NCBI GenBank assembly: GCA_964353785.1
Contig: CAYGWK010000004.1
Span: 22,730 to 86,729 of the forward strand
DNA length: 64,000 bases
Source: an uncultured Gammaproteobacteria bacterium
GTDB lineage: Bacteria > Patescibacteriota > Microgenomatia > CAYGWK01
Direction of reading: 5' to 3'
Shown here one piece after another: positions 9,893 through 18,759 of this stretch. The position numbers and the translations under genes were made by a program. The notes beneath the pieces are model-generated. The model did not search any database. It was not told the origin of the DNA and saw nothing but the letters and a program-made list of their open reading frames with translations. Position 1 is the stretch's first letter, and the number at the start of each line of letters is the position of its first letter.

Positions 9893-10336
9893 ATGAAAAA
9901 CATTGAAATTGATAAAGGCAGAGTTGTAGACACAAGGAAAAGTGGAGAACTTATCTGGCGTCGCCGCCAAATGCCTGATGGCACACGGTTTACCACTATA
10001 GAGAGGGTTGCATTATTTGTTTCTGACGAGAAAGGTGTAACAGAGGATTGGGACTTTGACAAATTGTATCATTCGATAGAAGAGGCATCATTTGGTAGAA
10101 TGACAGATGAACAGATTACAAAGATCATAAGTGAGTCTTTGCACCATTTTATATCGAAGAGAGATGGGTTGCAAAAAAGAGTGATATTTGCAAGAGATGT
10201 TGCAGAAACCGTATTTAGCGTATTAGAGAAAGTAGATATGGCCGCCGCTGTTTGTTATGGAGCAACTCATGGGGTTGGAATATTTAGTAGTGATAGCCTA
10301 GACCCGATTTCGGATTGGTTAGAAAAGAGAAAGTAA
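9893..10336 (+). CDS. Divergent NrdR-like protein lacking zinc-ribbon cysteines
   Basis: VVDTR..G..IWRRRQ...RFTTIER followed by an ATP-cone-like region; aligns by eye with NrdR at 13087. Confidence 0.65.
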   Translation: MKNIEIDKGRVVDTRKSGELIWRRRQMPDGTRFTTIERVALFVSDEKGVTEDWDFDKLYHSIEEASFGRMTDEQITKIISESLHHFISKRDGLQKRVIFARDVAETVFSVLEKVDMAAAVCYGATHGVGIFSSDSLDPISDWLEKRK

Positions 10337-10372
10337 ATCAGATAAGCGTGATAGTCCGTAACACTTTAAGAT

Positions 10373-10408
10373 GTCTTTTGGGGCTGGCCAATAATTCTGT
10401 TTAGGTAA
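10373..10408 (+). repeat. Duplicate of the CPBP gene 3' end
   Basis: Encodes VFWGWPIILFR*, the same peptide as 9837-9872, with only synonymous differences. Confidence 0.85.
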
Positions 10409-10442
10409 TTAGCTGATTAGTTGAACGGGGAATGGGGATAGT

Positions 10443-10769
10443 TTAGATCTTACCTATATCAAAATCAGATATCTTGTGCCGTTCAAGTTCCGCTTTAAGT
10501 CTGCGCTGCTCCCCTGGGGTTAATTGATTAAAAGTGACATTCAAAAGTCCTTCCACGACAGCCCTTATTGTTAAATTTATTAAATTTATATCCTTTTCAG
10601 ACAATTCGTCGCTTGGTTCAAAATCTTCAAAGATTTTCTTGAGTTGATCTTTTTGGAGTTGTAATAAAGAAGATTTATCAATTATTTCTAAGACATCAGA
10701 AAGAGGAATGAAGGCCTCTGGTTCTATTTCCGTTTCTGGAAGTTGAGGTTGATCTCTGCGTTCTGCCAT
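10443..10769 (-). CDS. Hypothetical protein
   Basis: 108-aa acidic ORF filling the gap; no motif recognised. Confidence 0.55.
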   Translation of the reverse strand: MAERRDQPQLPETEIEPEAFIPLSDVLEIIDKSSLLQLQKDQLKKIFEDFEPSDELSEKDINLINLTIRAVVEGLLNVTFNQLTPGEQRRLKAELERHKISDFDIGKI

Positions 10770-10877
10770 TTATTTTAAAATAAATACTGCTCATTGAGCA
10801 GCTTTGAGAGATTTAAACATAAAAACACCCCCTTTGTCAAGATTTACTTTGGGAACTTATGTGTTATACTAAGGCTG

Positions 10878-11195
10878 ATGAGGAAGTGTCGTTATTGTGG
10901 GTTCCAAAATCCAGACACTGCCTCTGATTGTCTTCAATGCGGCAAAGATTTGCCTAAAACAACTCGAGAAGTCAAAGATGCCTTTGAAACTTTAGGGGCG
11001 GCCATGAAGGGGGATTGGGGAAAGGTTGGCCGAAAAACTGTTGAAGAGACAAAGCTTCACTTAAACCCTCTCTGGTGGCTTAAGGTAAAATTATTTCGTT
11101 TAAAACAAGCAGTCATCGGTTGTTTAATTATCTGGCTTATTATCATTGGTTTGGCTATTCTCGGCGGAATATTCTCTAAATTTCAAGGAAAATGA
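10878..11195 (+). CDS. Zinc-ribbon membrane protein
   Basis: CRYCG..N......CLQCG zinc ribbon plus C-terminal TM; ATG follows TATACT. Confidence 0.7.
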   Translation: MRKCRYCGFQNPDTASDCLQCGKDLPKTTREVKDAFETLGAAMKGDWGKVGRKTVEETKLHLNPLWWLKVKLFRLKQAVIGCLIIWLIIIGLAILGGIFSKFQGK

Positions 11196-12130
11196 AAAAA
11201 AGAAAACCTGCTCTTCAAAAAATCTTAGTCGACGCCGGCGTTGAAATCGACCTTCCTCGGGCTTATGACGTTTTGGAGAAAAAATCAATTGAGACAGTTG
11301 AGGGAATTTTAAAAGATTATCCAAAAGCCCGGCAAATGTGGGAACTTTTGGTTTTTGATCCTGAAGTTCGAGCCGATTGGGACATGGCCGATTATATTGC
11401 CGTTACCAAATTAAATTTTAATGACCACGGAGAAATTCATGCCAAAATTGCCGCTGCTTCTTCTTTATCAATGCTTGACCTTTTAAGAAAAGCCGAAAAA
11501 AAATCTGATGTAATCTCTTCTGGGGCTGGAGATTGGGACGACGCCTTTTTAGTGGTGACCTGCGCCGCTCTTCTTCATGATATTGGCAACCAAGTCCACC
11601 GAGTTTCTCACGGAGACATTAGTCCCTATTTGGCTGTTCCTATTTTGGACAGACTCTTGCCTTTAATTTACTCGGAAATTGAGAAAAAAACCGAAATTCG
11701 GGGATTTATTCTTCATGCCATAAATACCCATGATGCCGAACCACCACCTCTAACGGTTGAGGCAGCTTTAGTTTGTATTTCTGATGCTTGTGATTTGACT
11801 AAAGGAAGAGGGAGATTAGCTTTTGATTTGGGAAATATTAATATTCATACGGTTTCCGCTCTTTCCATTGATAGTGTGGCGATTTTACCTGGAGAGCAAA
11901 AACCAATAAAAATTATCGTTACGATGAACAATTCAGCAGGAATTTTTCAGGTTGAGGAGGCTTTGGCTTCAAAAATTAACGCCGGACCGTTATCTGATTC
12001 AGTTGAAATGGTGGCGACCACCTATCCCAGAAAAGCAAAAACTGATAAAAGAATTATTTTTGAAATTGAAATGAAAGGAAGAAAATTTGAACCAAGAGGA
12101 GTTAAGAAAGGAGGTGAGAAGGAAAGTTGA
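11192..12130 (+). CDS. HD-domain phosphohydrolase
   Basis: NDHGEIH, ALLHDIGN, HD and DACD motifs. Confidence 0.85.
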   Translation: MKKRKPALQKILVDAGVEIDLPRAYDVLEKKSIETVEGILKDYPKARQMWELLVFDPEVRADWDMADYIAVTKLNFNDHGEIHAKIAAASSLSMLDLLRKAEKKSDVISSGAGDWDDAFLVVTCAALLHDIGNQVHRVSHGDISPYLAVPILDRLLPLIYSEIEKKTEIRGFILHAINTHDAEPPPLTVEAALVCISDACDLTKGRGRLAFDLGNINIHTVSALSIDSVAILPGEQKPIKIIVTMNNSAGIFQVEEALASKINAGPLSDSVEMVATTYPRKAKTDKRIIFEIEMKGRKFEPRGVKKGGEKES

Positions 12131-12744
12131 AAAAAATTAAATATCTGGTTTTAGCATTAGCGGGATTAGTTTTTGCCATTGGAATTTTGAGCGCTTCGGT
12201 TTGGAGGATCCAGGCCCAAGTCTCAAGTCAAAATTTCAAGGTTCAAACAGTTCCTGAAACCTTAGGAGCAGAAATTACTCCGACTCCCTCGCCGATACCC
12301 ACAGTTGATTATTATCTTCCATACCCTGGGATTTTGCCTGATAACATTTTGTATCCTTTAAAGATGGTCCGAGATAAAATTTTACTAATCTTAACTTTTG
12401 ATTCGGTCAAAAAGGCAGAAAGACTTCTTCTTTTTGCTGACAAAAGGGCCAATGCCGCCAAAGCCTTAATTGAGGGAGGGAAGGTGGAATTGGGAATTTC
12501 CACCATAACTAAGGGAGAAAAATATTTAGAGCAGGCAATTGCCCAGGCTGAAAAAGCCAAACAGGCAGGTAAAGACACCACTGCTCTATATGAAAAACTC
12601 GCCCAAGCAACCCTGAAACACCAAGAGGTCTTAACTGGGGTTTTAGTTAAAGTTCCAGATACGGCAAAAGGGGCAATTCAGGACGCCCTTCGCTATTCTC
12701 GCCAGGGTTATGAGACCGTAAGTAGAGTGATTGAACAGAAGTGA
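12127..12744 (+). CDS. DUF5667-like exported protein
   Basis: Signal/TM, PT linker and YLPYPGILPDNILYPLKMVRD motif. Confidence 0.7.
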   Translation: MKKIKYLVLALAGLVFAIGILSASVWRIQAQVSSQNFKVQTVPETLGAEITPTPSPIPTVDYYLPYPGILPDNILYPLKMVRDKILLILTFDSVKKAERLLLFADKRANAAKALIEGGKVELGISTITKGEKYLEQAIAQAEKAKQAGKDTTALYEKLAQATLKHQEVLTGVLVKVPDTAKGAIQDALRYSRQGYETVSRVIEQK

Positions 12745-12754
12745 GTGGTGTATT

Positions 12755-12904
12755 GGGCTCGGAAATGAATTTGTTGCTTGGATTTGAGATGGCTGCCCGC
12801 TTAGCGGGCACCAGCTCGCGACTGGGAAATTCGTAACTCAAGTTGTGTTCCGCTTGGGTCGCGGCTTGCCACATAAATCCTGCGCAAAAATTATTTCCTC
12901 GTCC
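12755..12904. ncRNA. Unknown structured element, copy 1 (homologous to 45364-45525)
   Basis: Nested stems with compensatory changes relative to copy 2; intergenic. Confidence 0.6.
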
Positions 12905-13020
12905 TGTTTGAAATCCTCACAAAAACCGATACAAAAATTACTCAAAATCTTCTCTTGGTTTTTCTTTAAAAATAGCCAAAATCTTCTTATTTTGATATAC
13001 TTTGATGGCTTTATTGCTAG

Positions 13021-13073
13021 TTGACATACTGGATGTAGGGCTTCTATATTGATAATTGCGCTATAAATAGCGT
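13021..13073 (+). promoter_or_regulatory. nrdR-nrdJ promoter with tandem NrdR boxes
   Basis: TTGACA at 13021; boxes ATACTGGATGTAGGGC (13026) and GCGCTATAAATAGCGT (13058), 32 bp apart as typical for NrdR. Confidence 0.75.
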
Positions 13074-13086
13074 TTTTTCTTTCACT

Positions 13087-13530
13087 ATGCGGTGTCCATT
13101 TTGTGGTCATGACCAGACAGAGGTTTTAGAATCAAGGATTTCTGAAGACGGAAATTCTTTCCGAAGAAGAAGAGAATGCGCCAAATGCAAAAAGCGTTTT
13201 ACTACTTACGAGCGGGCTGAAAGAACCCTTTTGGTGACTAAAAAGGATGGCCGGAGGGAATCGTTTGACCGGGAGAAAATTAAAAAAGGAATTCTTTTGG
13301 CTTGTCATAAAAGGCCAGTTTCCCTGGATTTAATTGACGACATGGTTGGTGAGGTTGAGCAAGAGCTTTTGCGAAAGGATTCAGCCGAGATTTCTTCAAA
13401 GACAATTGGTAATGCAGTTTTGAAGAGATTAAAAAAAGTCGATAAAGTCGCTTGGCTTAGATTTGCCAGTGTTTATTTGGAATTCTCTGACCTTTCGGAT
13501 TTTGAGAAAGCAATTGAAAAGGTTTCTTAA
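13087..13530 (+). CDS. nrdR: Transcriptional repressor NrdR
   Basis: MRCPFC...RRRRECAKCKKRFTTYE plus ATP cone and RFASVY. Confidence 0.97.
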   Translation: MRCPFCGHDQTEVLESRISEDGNSFRRRRECAKCKKRFTTYERAERTLLVTKKDGRRESFDREKIKKGILLACHKRPVSLDLIDDMVGEVEQELLRKDSAEISSKTIGNAVLKRLKKVDKVAWLRFASVYLEFSDLSDFEKAIEKVS

Positions 13531-13532
13531 AA

Positions 13533-15950
13533 ATGTCTAGTAGGGCAGAGGTAAGACCTCAATATTATCAACACCGCTTTTCTCCAGACAACGGCGAATT
13601 TAGGCAAATGCCTGAGCCTCTTCCTGTCAATCCAGATGGTTCATTTATGGATAGAAGAGAATGGATAAAAGAACAAGCTCAAAAAATTCCCACAATTTCC
13701 GAAGACCTTCCTGATCCAGTCTTATCCGAAAATGGACTTGTAGTTTTAGAAAAAAGATACTTATCTCGAGATGAGAAAGAGAATTTAATAGAAACTCCGA
13801 AAGAAATGTTTTGGCGAGTTGCCTACAATGTTGCGATGGCGGATAAACTCTATAACGGACAAGAAGTTGAAAGGACAGCCAGAGAATTTTACGAAGTTAT
13901 GGCGAATTTAGAGTTCTTGCCAAATTCGCCAACCTTAATGAATGCGGGGAGGCGACTTCAACAACTTTCTGCCTGTTTTGTTTTGCCGGTTGAGGATTCG
14001 CTGGATTCGATAATGGATGCAGCTAAAGCAACTGCCTTGATTCATCAATCTGGAGGGGGTACTGGATTTTCGTTTTCTAGGTTACGACCAGAGGGGAGTC
14101 CAGTGAAATCAAGCGGAGGACAAGCTTCAGGACCTCTTTCTTTTATGAAAATTTTTGATCAGACGACAGAGCAGATTAAACAAGGAGGAAGAAGGCGGGG
14201 AGCAAATATGGGGATTTTGCGAGTTGACCACCCCGATATTGAAAAATTCGTTAATGCCAAGACCAAACCTGGGGTTTTTGAGAATTTTAATCTCTCGGTA
14301 GCGGTAACTGATGAATTCATGGAAGCGGTTAAAGGGGATGGAGAATATGATCTTGTTAATCCCCACACGGGAGAAAAGACCAAAACTAAAGCAGGAGAAA
14401 TTTTTAATCTGATTGTTGAATGTGCTTGGAGGAGTGGAGAACCGGGAGTAGTTTTTATTGATGAAATTAATCGGAAAAATCCTACTTCCCATCTTGGACC
14501 GATTGAATCCACTAATCCTTGTGGCGAGCAACCTCTTCATCCATATGAATCCTGTAATCTGGGTTCAATTAATCTTTCTAAAATGATAAAAGAAGGAAGG
14601 GTTGATTGGGAAAAATTAGAAAAAACAATTAAGGTTGCGGTTCATTTCCTTGACAACGTGATTGATGTGAATCGTTATCCGTTACCCGAAATTGAGAAAA
14701 TGACCTTAGGAAATCGGAAAATTGGCCTTGGGATAATGGGTTTTGCCGATATGCTGGTTCAATTGGGAATTAGTTACGACAGCCAACCAGGGCTAGAAAC
14801 TTCCGAGGCAGTAATGAAATTTATTCAAGAAAAGGGGTATGAAGCATCAGAAGTATTAGCTAAAATCCGAGGTGTTTTTCCCAATTGGGAAGAAAGCCTT
14901 CATCAAAAAGAGGGAAGAAAATTAAGAAATGCGACAATCACGACGATTGCTCCAACTGGGACTATTGGTATCATTGCTGGTTGTTCTCAAGGATGCGAAC
15001 CGTATTACGCTCTTTCGTTTGAAAGAAAGGGAATTCTTGATGGGAAGACAACAATTTTTGAATTAAATCCTTATGTCGAAGAAATTACCAAAGAGGAATG
15101 TTTAGAAGAGGCGGTGATAGAAAGAATTAAAAAGGAGGGAAGTTTAAGGCAAATCCCAGAGGTGCCAGATAGAATGAAGAAAATTTTTCCTACCGCTCTT
15201 GAGATTTCTCCAGAGTGGCACGTAAGGATACAGGCAGCATTTCAAAGACATATTGATAATGCAGTTTCAAAAACAATCAATTTCCCCCAAGAGGCTACCG
15301 CTGATGATATTCGTCAGGCTTATCTTTTAGCTTACAATGTTGGTTGCAAAGGTTTAACAATTTACCGAGATAAATCAAGAGAAAGACAAGTTCTTTATGC
15401 AGGCGAAAAGAGAGAAGAAGTTGGAGAGCGCAGACCACGGTCTCGCCCAGAAGTAACCAGAGGGGAAACAGAGAAAATTAGTCTCGGTTGTGGTCAAACT
15501 CTATATGTAACTATAAATGAAGATAAAGAAGGGCTTTGTGAGGTATTTTGTCAAATGGGTAAGTCGGGTGGTTGTATAACTTCTCATTCAGAAGTAGTGG
15601 GGCGGTTAATTTCGCTTAACCTACGTTCTGGAGTAATCCCTGAAGCAATCATCAAGCAACTACGGGGAATTCGCTGTCCTTCCCCAACGTGGAATAGCGG
15701 GCGTTCGATCCTTTCTTGCGCCGACGCAATCGGTCAGGTAATAGAGAGATATAAAAAAGGAAGAGAGGGTGCCTCTCAAGAATCGTTTTTATCAATAAAA
15801 ATGTCACCGGAGATTAAAAACGAAGGACAGCATGATTCTTCTGAAAATGCCTTAGGTTATTGTCCAGAGTGTCCAGAGTGTGGAGCGATGTTTCAATTTA
15901 GTGAGGGATGCGTCAGATGTCCTGCTTGTGGATATTCTCAATGTGGCTAA
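13533..15950 (+). CDS. nrdJ: Class II (adenosylcobalamin-dependent) ribonucleotide reductase
   Basis: PNSPTLMNAG, SACFV, TNPCGEQPL, TIAPTGT and a Cys-rich C-terminal domain; no beta subunit adjacent. Confidence 0.92.
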   Translation: MSSRAEVRPQYYQHRFSPDNGEFRQMPEPLPVNPDGSFMDRREWIKEQAQKIPTISEDLPDPVLSENGLVVLEKRYLSRDEKENLIETPKEMFWRVAYNVAMADKLYNGQEVERTAREFYEVMANLEFLPNSPTLMNAGRRLQQLSACFVLPVEDSLDSIMDAAKATALIHQSGGGTGFSFSRLRPEGSPVKSSGGQASGPLSFMKIFDQTTEQIKQGGRRRGANMGILRVDHPDIEKFVNAKTKPGVFENFNLSVAVTDEFMEAVKGDGEYDLVNPHTGEKTKTKAGEIFNLIVECAWRSGEPGVVFIDEINRKNPTSHLGPIESTNPCGEQPLHPYESCNLGSINLSKMIKEGRVDWEKLEKTIKVAVHFLDNVIDVNRYPLPEIEKMTLGNRKIGLGIMGFADMLVQLGISYDSQPGLETSEAVMKFIQEKGYEASEVLAKIRGVFPNWEESLHQKEGRKLRNATITTIAPTGTIGIIAGCSQGCEPYYALSFERKGILDGKTTIFELNPYVEEITKEECLEEAVIERIKKEGSLRQIPEVPDRMKKIFPTALEISPEWHVRIQAAFQRHIDNAVSKTINFPQEATADDIRQAYLLAYNVGCKGLTIYRDKSRERQVLYAGEKREEVGERRPRSRPEVTRGETEKISLGCGQTLYVTINEDKEGLCEVFCQMGKSGGCITSHSEVVGRLISLNLRSGVIPEAIIKQLRGIRCPSPTWNSGRSILSCADAIGQVIERYKKGREGASQESFLSIKMSPEIKNEGQHDSSENALGYCPECPECGAMFQFSEGCVRCPACGYSQCG

Positions 15951-15994
15951 GATTTATTGTTCTTCCTGGTCATTTATAATATAATTACTTCAAT

Positions 15995-16324
15995 ATGCCG
16001 GAACTGCCCGAAAGAAAACCTCCTGAAGCCGAAAGAGGTTATGTAGTAGAAGTAAAAGAGCCGTACCCAGAAAAAGAAGGACTGGTGGAGAGAGTTTGGA
16101 AAGAGGATCTTGAACTGGAGAAACCAGTTACCTACAAACGCCAAGTTTTAGTGACTTCGGCCCGTGCTCAAAAACCAAGAATTGTTTTGCCCTTAACTCG
16201 CCAGGCCTACCTTAATCCTACCAACTGGCACAAGCCAATTGTCTATGCCATTCGTTGGCTTTTAACTTGGGCTCAAAGAATTATTAAAATGCAACCAAAA
16301 GAAGTTATTTTTGAAAAAACATGA
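15995..16324 (+). CDS. Hypothetical protein
   Basis: ORF overlapping the start of the downstream ATPase gene. Confidence 0.6.
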   Translation: MPELPERKPPEAERGYVVEVKEPYPEKEGLVERVWKEDLELEKPVTYKRQVLVTSARAQKPRIVLPLTRQAYLNPTNWHKPIVYAIRWLLTWAQRIIKMQPKEVIFEKT

Positions 16325-18654
16325 ATCCAACATTTGATATTTTTTCTATCCTTTCCTCCCTTTTTATTTTTTCGCTAGCGACTCTTTTTTTATCCGGGGC
16401 TCTAATTTTTTTGGGTTATGTATTTTTGACCTGGTGGCGCTATAAAGACCGGGAAAAACGCTCTCTTGAGTATGTTTTACTTCAAGTCGCCGTTCCCCAT
16501 GATAACGAGATAAAAATTGACGCGGCCGAGCAAATGTTTTCTTCCTTATATTCAGTCAAAATTGGCGGTTTTCTTTCTTTTCTCCGACCCCAGCCACATA
16601 TAACTTTGGAGATTGTTGCCTTACCTGAGGACATTCGTTTCTATGTTTCTGTTCCAAAAAAACTTCAAGATTTGGTGGAAAAACAAATAAATGGCGCCTA
16701 TCCTGACGCGGAAATAAAAGAGGTTCCCGAGTATAATATTTTTTCCGAAGAAGGAAGGGTGTCTTTTGCTTCTTTAGGATTTCGTAGTACGCCATTTTAT
16801 CCGGTAAAAATTTATAAAGACCTGCCAACTGACCCTCTATCTTTGCTGACTTCGGCTTTGGCAAAAATGCAAAAAGGGGAGGGAGCCGCCATTCAAATTT
16901 TAATTTCTCCAGCCTCAGGCAAATGGCGCTCTTCTGGAAAAAAATTTGTCGCTAAAACTAAAAGCCAGGAGGCAGATCCAGAGAAAGCCAAATTTGCAGT
17001 TGACGCCAAAACCTTAGAGGCAATTGAAAACAAATGCTCAAAGCCTGGATTTGAAACCCAAATCCGAATTGTTGTTTGTTCAACCTCTGAAGAGCAGGCA
17101 AAAGCCCATCTTTCAAATATAAAGAGCGCTTTTGAACAATTTTCTTCGGATTTAAACAGTTTTAAGGGAAAAAGAATTTTTGTAAAGGGCGCTTTTATGA
17201 ATGATTTTATTTATCGCTATCAACCAATGGTCCGTTTCGGCTTGACTACGATTTTAAATTCTGAAGAATTAGCCACGATTTTCCATTTTCCCAATAAGCA
17301 GGTTGAGACCCCTCATATTTTTTGGCTTTATGCTAAAAGAGCTCCGGCTCCAGAAAAAGTGCCAACCGAAGGCTTGTATCTCGGTAAATCAGTTTATCGG
17401 GGGCTTGAACGACCGGTTTATATTACTGAAAAAGACCGCAGACAACATATTTATATTATTGGTAAAACCGGAACCGGAAAGTCCCATCTTTTAAAGGATT
17501 TAATTTTACAAGATATTCGGGCTGGTAAGGGAGTTTGTTTTATTGACCCTCATGACACCATTGATTTAATTTTGCCCCTGATTCCTCCAGAGCGGGCCGA
17601 AGATGTCATTTATTTTGACCCTTGCGATTATGACCGACCGATGGGTTTAAATATGATTGAGGCCTACACCGAAGAACAGCAACATTTTATCGCTACCTCA
17701 ATTATTGGTTTGATGTATAAACTTTATGACCCCTATAAAACCGGAATCATCGGTCCGCGTTTTGAGCATGCCATCAGAAACGCGATGCTGACGGTCATGT
17801 CCGAGCCTGGCAATACTTTTGTTGAGGTTGTCAGATGTTTGACTGATTCTTCTTTTGTTCAAGAAATTTTACCAAAAGTTAAAGACCCGATAGTCCGGAG
17901 ATATTGGACTGACCAGATTGCCCAAACCGCTGATTTTCACAAATCCGAAGTTTTAGACTACATTGTTTCTAAATTTGGTCGGTTTGTTACCAACAAAATG
18001 ATGAGAAATATTATTGGTCAGTCAAAGTCTGCTTTTAATTTCCGGGAAGTGATGGACCAAGGAAAAATTTTATTTATTAATTTAGCCAAAGGGAAAATAG
18101 GGGAGGAGAATTCAAATTTCTTAGGACTAGTCTTGGTGCCAAAACTTTTGGTGGCGGCCATGAGTCGTCAAGATACACCTTTGGAGCAGAGAAAAGATTT
18201 TTATCTTTATGTTGATGAGTTTCAAAACTTTGCCACTCCTGATTTCGCCACCATGCTTTCTGAAGCCCGAAAATTTAGACTTAATATCGCCGTGGCCAAT
18301 CAATTTATTGGTCAAGTTGAAGAGGAGGTTAAAAACGCCATTTTTGGCAATATTGGAACTTTAGTTGCCTTTCGAGTCGGAGTTCAAGACGCCTCCTATC
18401 TTCAGCATGAATTCCAGCCAACTTTTTCCGAATCTGATTTAATTAATATTGACAGATTCCATGTTTATATGAAGACGATTGTTGATAATGAGCCAGTACC
18501 GCCATTCTCGGCTGATTTAACTAAAGATTTATCAGAAGAGGAAAAACTCAAAAATCCCAAAGTGGCTGAGATTATTAAAGAAATGTCCAGGCTTAAATAC
18601 GGACGGGATAAAGAGGAAGTGGAAGAAGAGACTGAAAGAAGGGCGAGATTGTAA
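16321..18654 (+). CDS. TraG/TrwB/VirB4-like membrane-anchored ATPase
   Basis: N-terminal TM; Walker A GKTGTGKS; YVDEFQNF and LSEARKF motifs. Confidence 0.85.
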   Translation: MNPTFDIFSILSSLFIFSLATLFLSGALIFLGYVFLTWWRYKDREKRSLEYVLLQVAVPHDNEIKIDAAEQMFSSLYSVKIGGFLSFLRPQPHITLEIVALPEDIRFYVSVPKKLQDLVEKQINGAYPDAEIKEVPEYNIFSEEGRVSFASLGFRSTPFYPVKIYKDLPTDPLSLLTSALAKMQKGEGAAIQILISPASGKWRSSGKKFVAKTKSQEADPEKAKFAVDAKTLEAIENKCSKPGFETQIRIVVCSTSEEQAKAHLSNIKSAFEQFSSDLNSFKGKRIFVKGAFMNDFIYRYQPMVRFGLTTILNSEELATIFHFPNKQVETPHIFWLYAKRAPAPEKVPTEGLYLGKSVYRGLERPVYITEKDRRQHIYIIGKTGTGKSHLLKDLILQDIRAGKGVCFIDPHDTIDLILPLIPPERAEDVIYFDPCDYDRPMGLNMIEAYTEEQQHFIATSIIGLMYKLYDPYKTGIIGPRFEHAIRNAMLTVMSEPGNTFVEVVRCLTDSSFVQEILPKVKDPIVRRYWTDQIAQTADFHKSEVLDYIVSKFGRFVTNKMMRNIIGQSKSAFNFREVMDQGKILFINLAKGKIGEENSNFLGLVLVPKLLVAAMSRQDTPLEQRKDFYLYVDEFQNFATPDFATMLSEARKFRLNIAVANQFIGQVEEEVKNAIFGNIGTLVAFRVGVQDASYLQHEFQPTFSESDLINIDRFHVYMKTIVDNEPVPPFSADLTKDLSEEEKLKNPKVAEIIKEMSRLKYGRDKEEVEEETERRARL

Positions 18655-18684
18655 TTTTCTTCTAAATCTGCTAAAATCAGCCTC

Positions 18685-18758
18685 GGGCACGTAGCTCAGC
18701 TGGTTAGAGCGCGATTCTTATAAAATCGAGGTCCCTGGTTCGAGACCAGGCGTGCCCA
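18685..18758 (+). tRNA. tRNA-Ile (anticodon TAT)
   Basis: Acceptor GGGCACG/CGTGCCC; anticodon arm CGATT-CTTATAA-AATCG; T-loop TTCGAGA. Confidence 0.92.
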
Positions 18759-18759
18759 C

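Noticed and set aside
12755-12904. Cobalamin riboswitch upstream of nrdR-nrdJ
   Set aside because: Only ACTGGGAA resembles the B12 box; other elements are absent, it lies upstream of the nrdR promoter, and a homolog occurs at an unrelated locus
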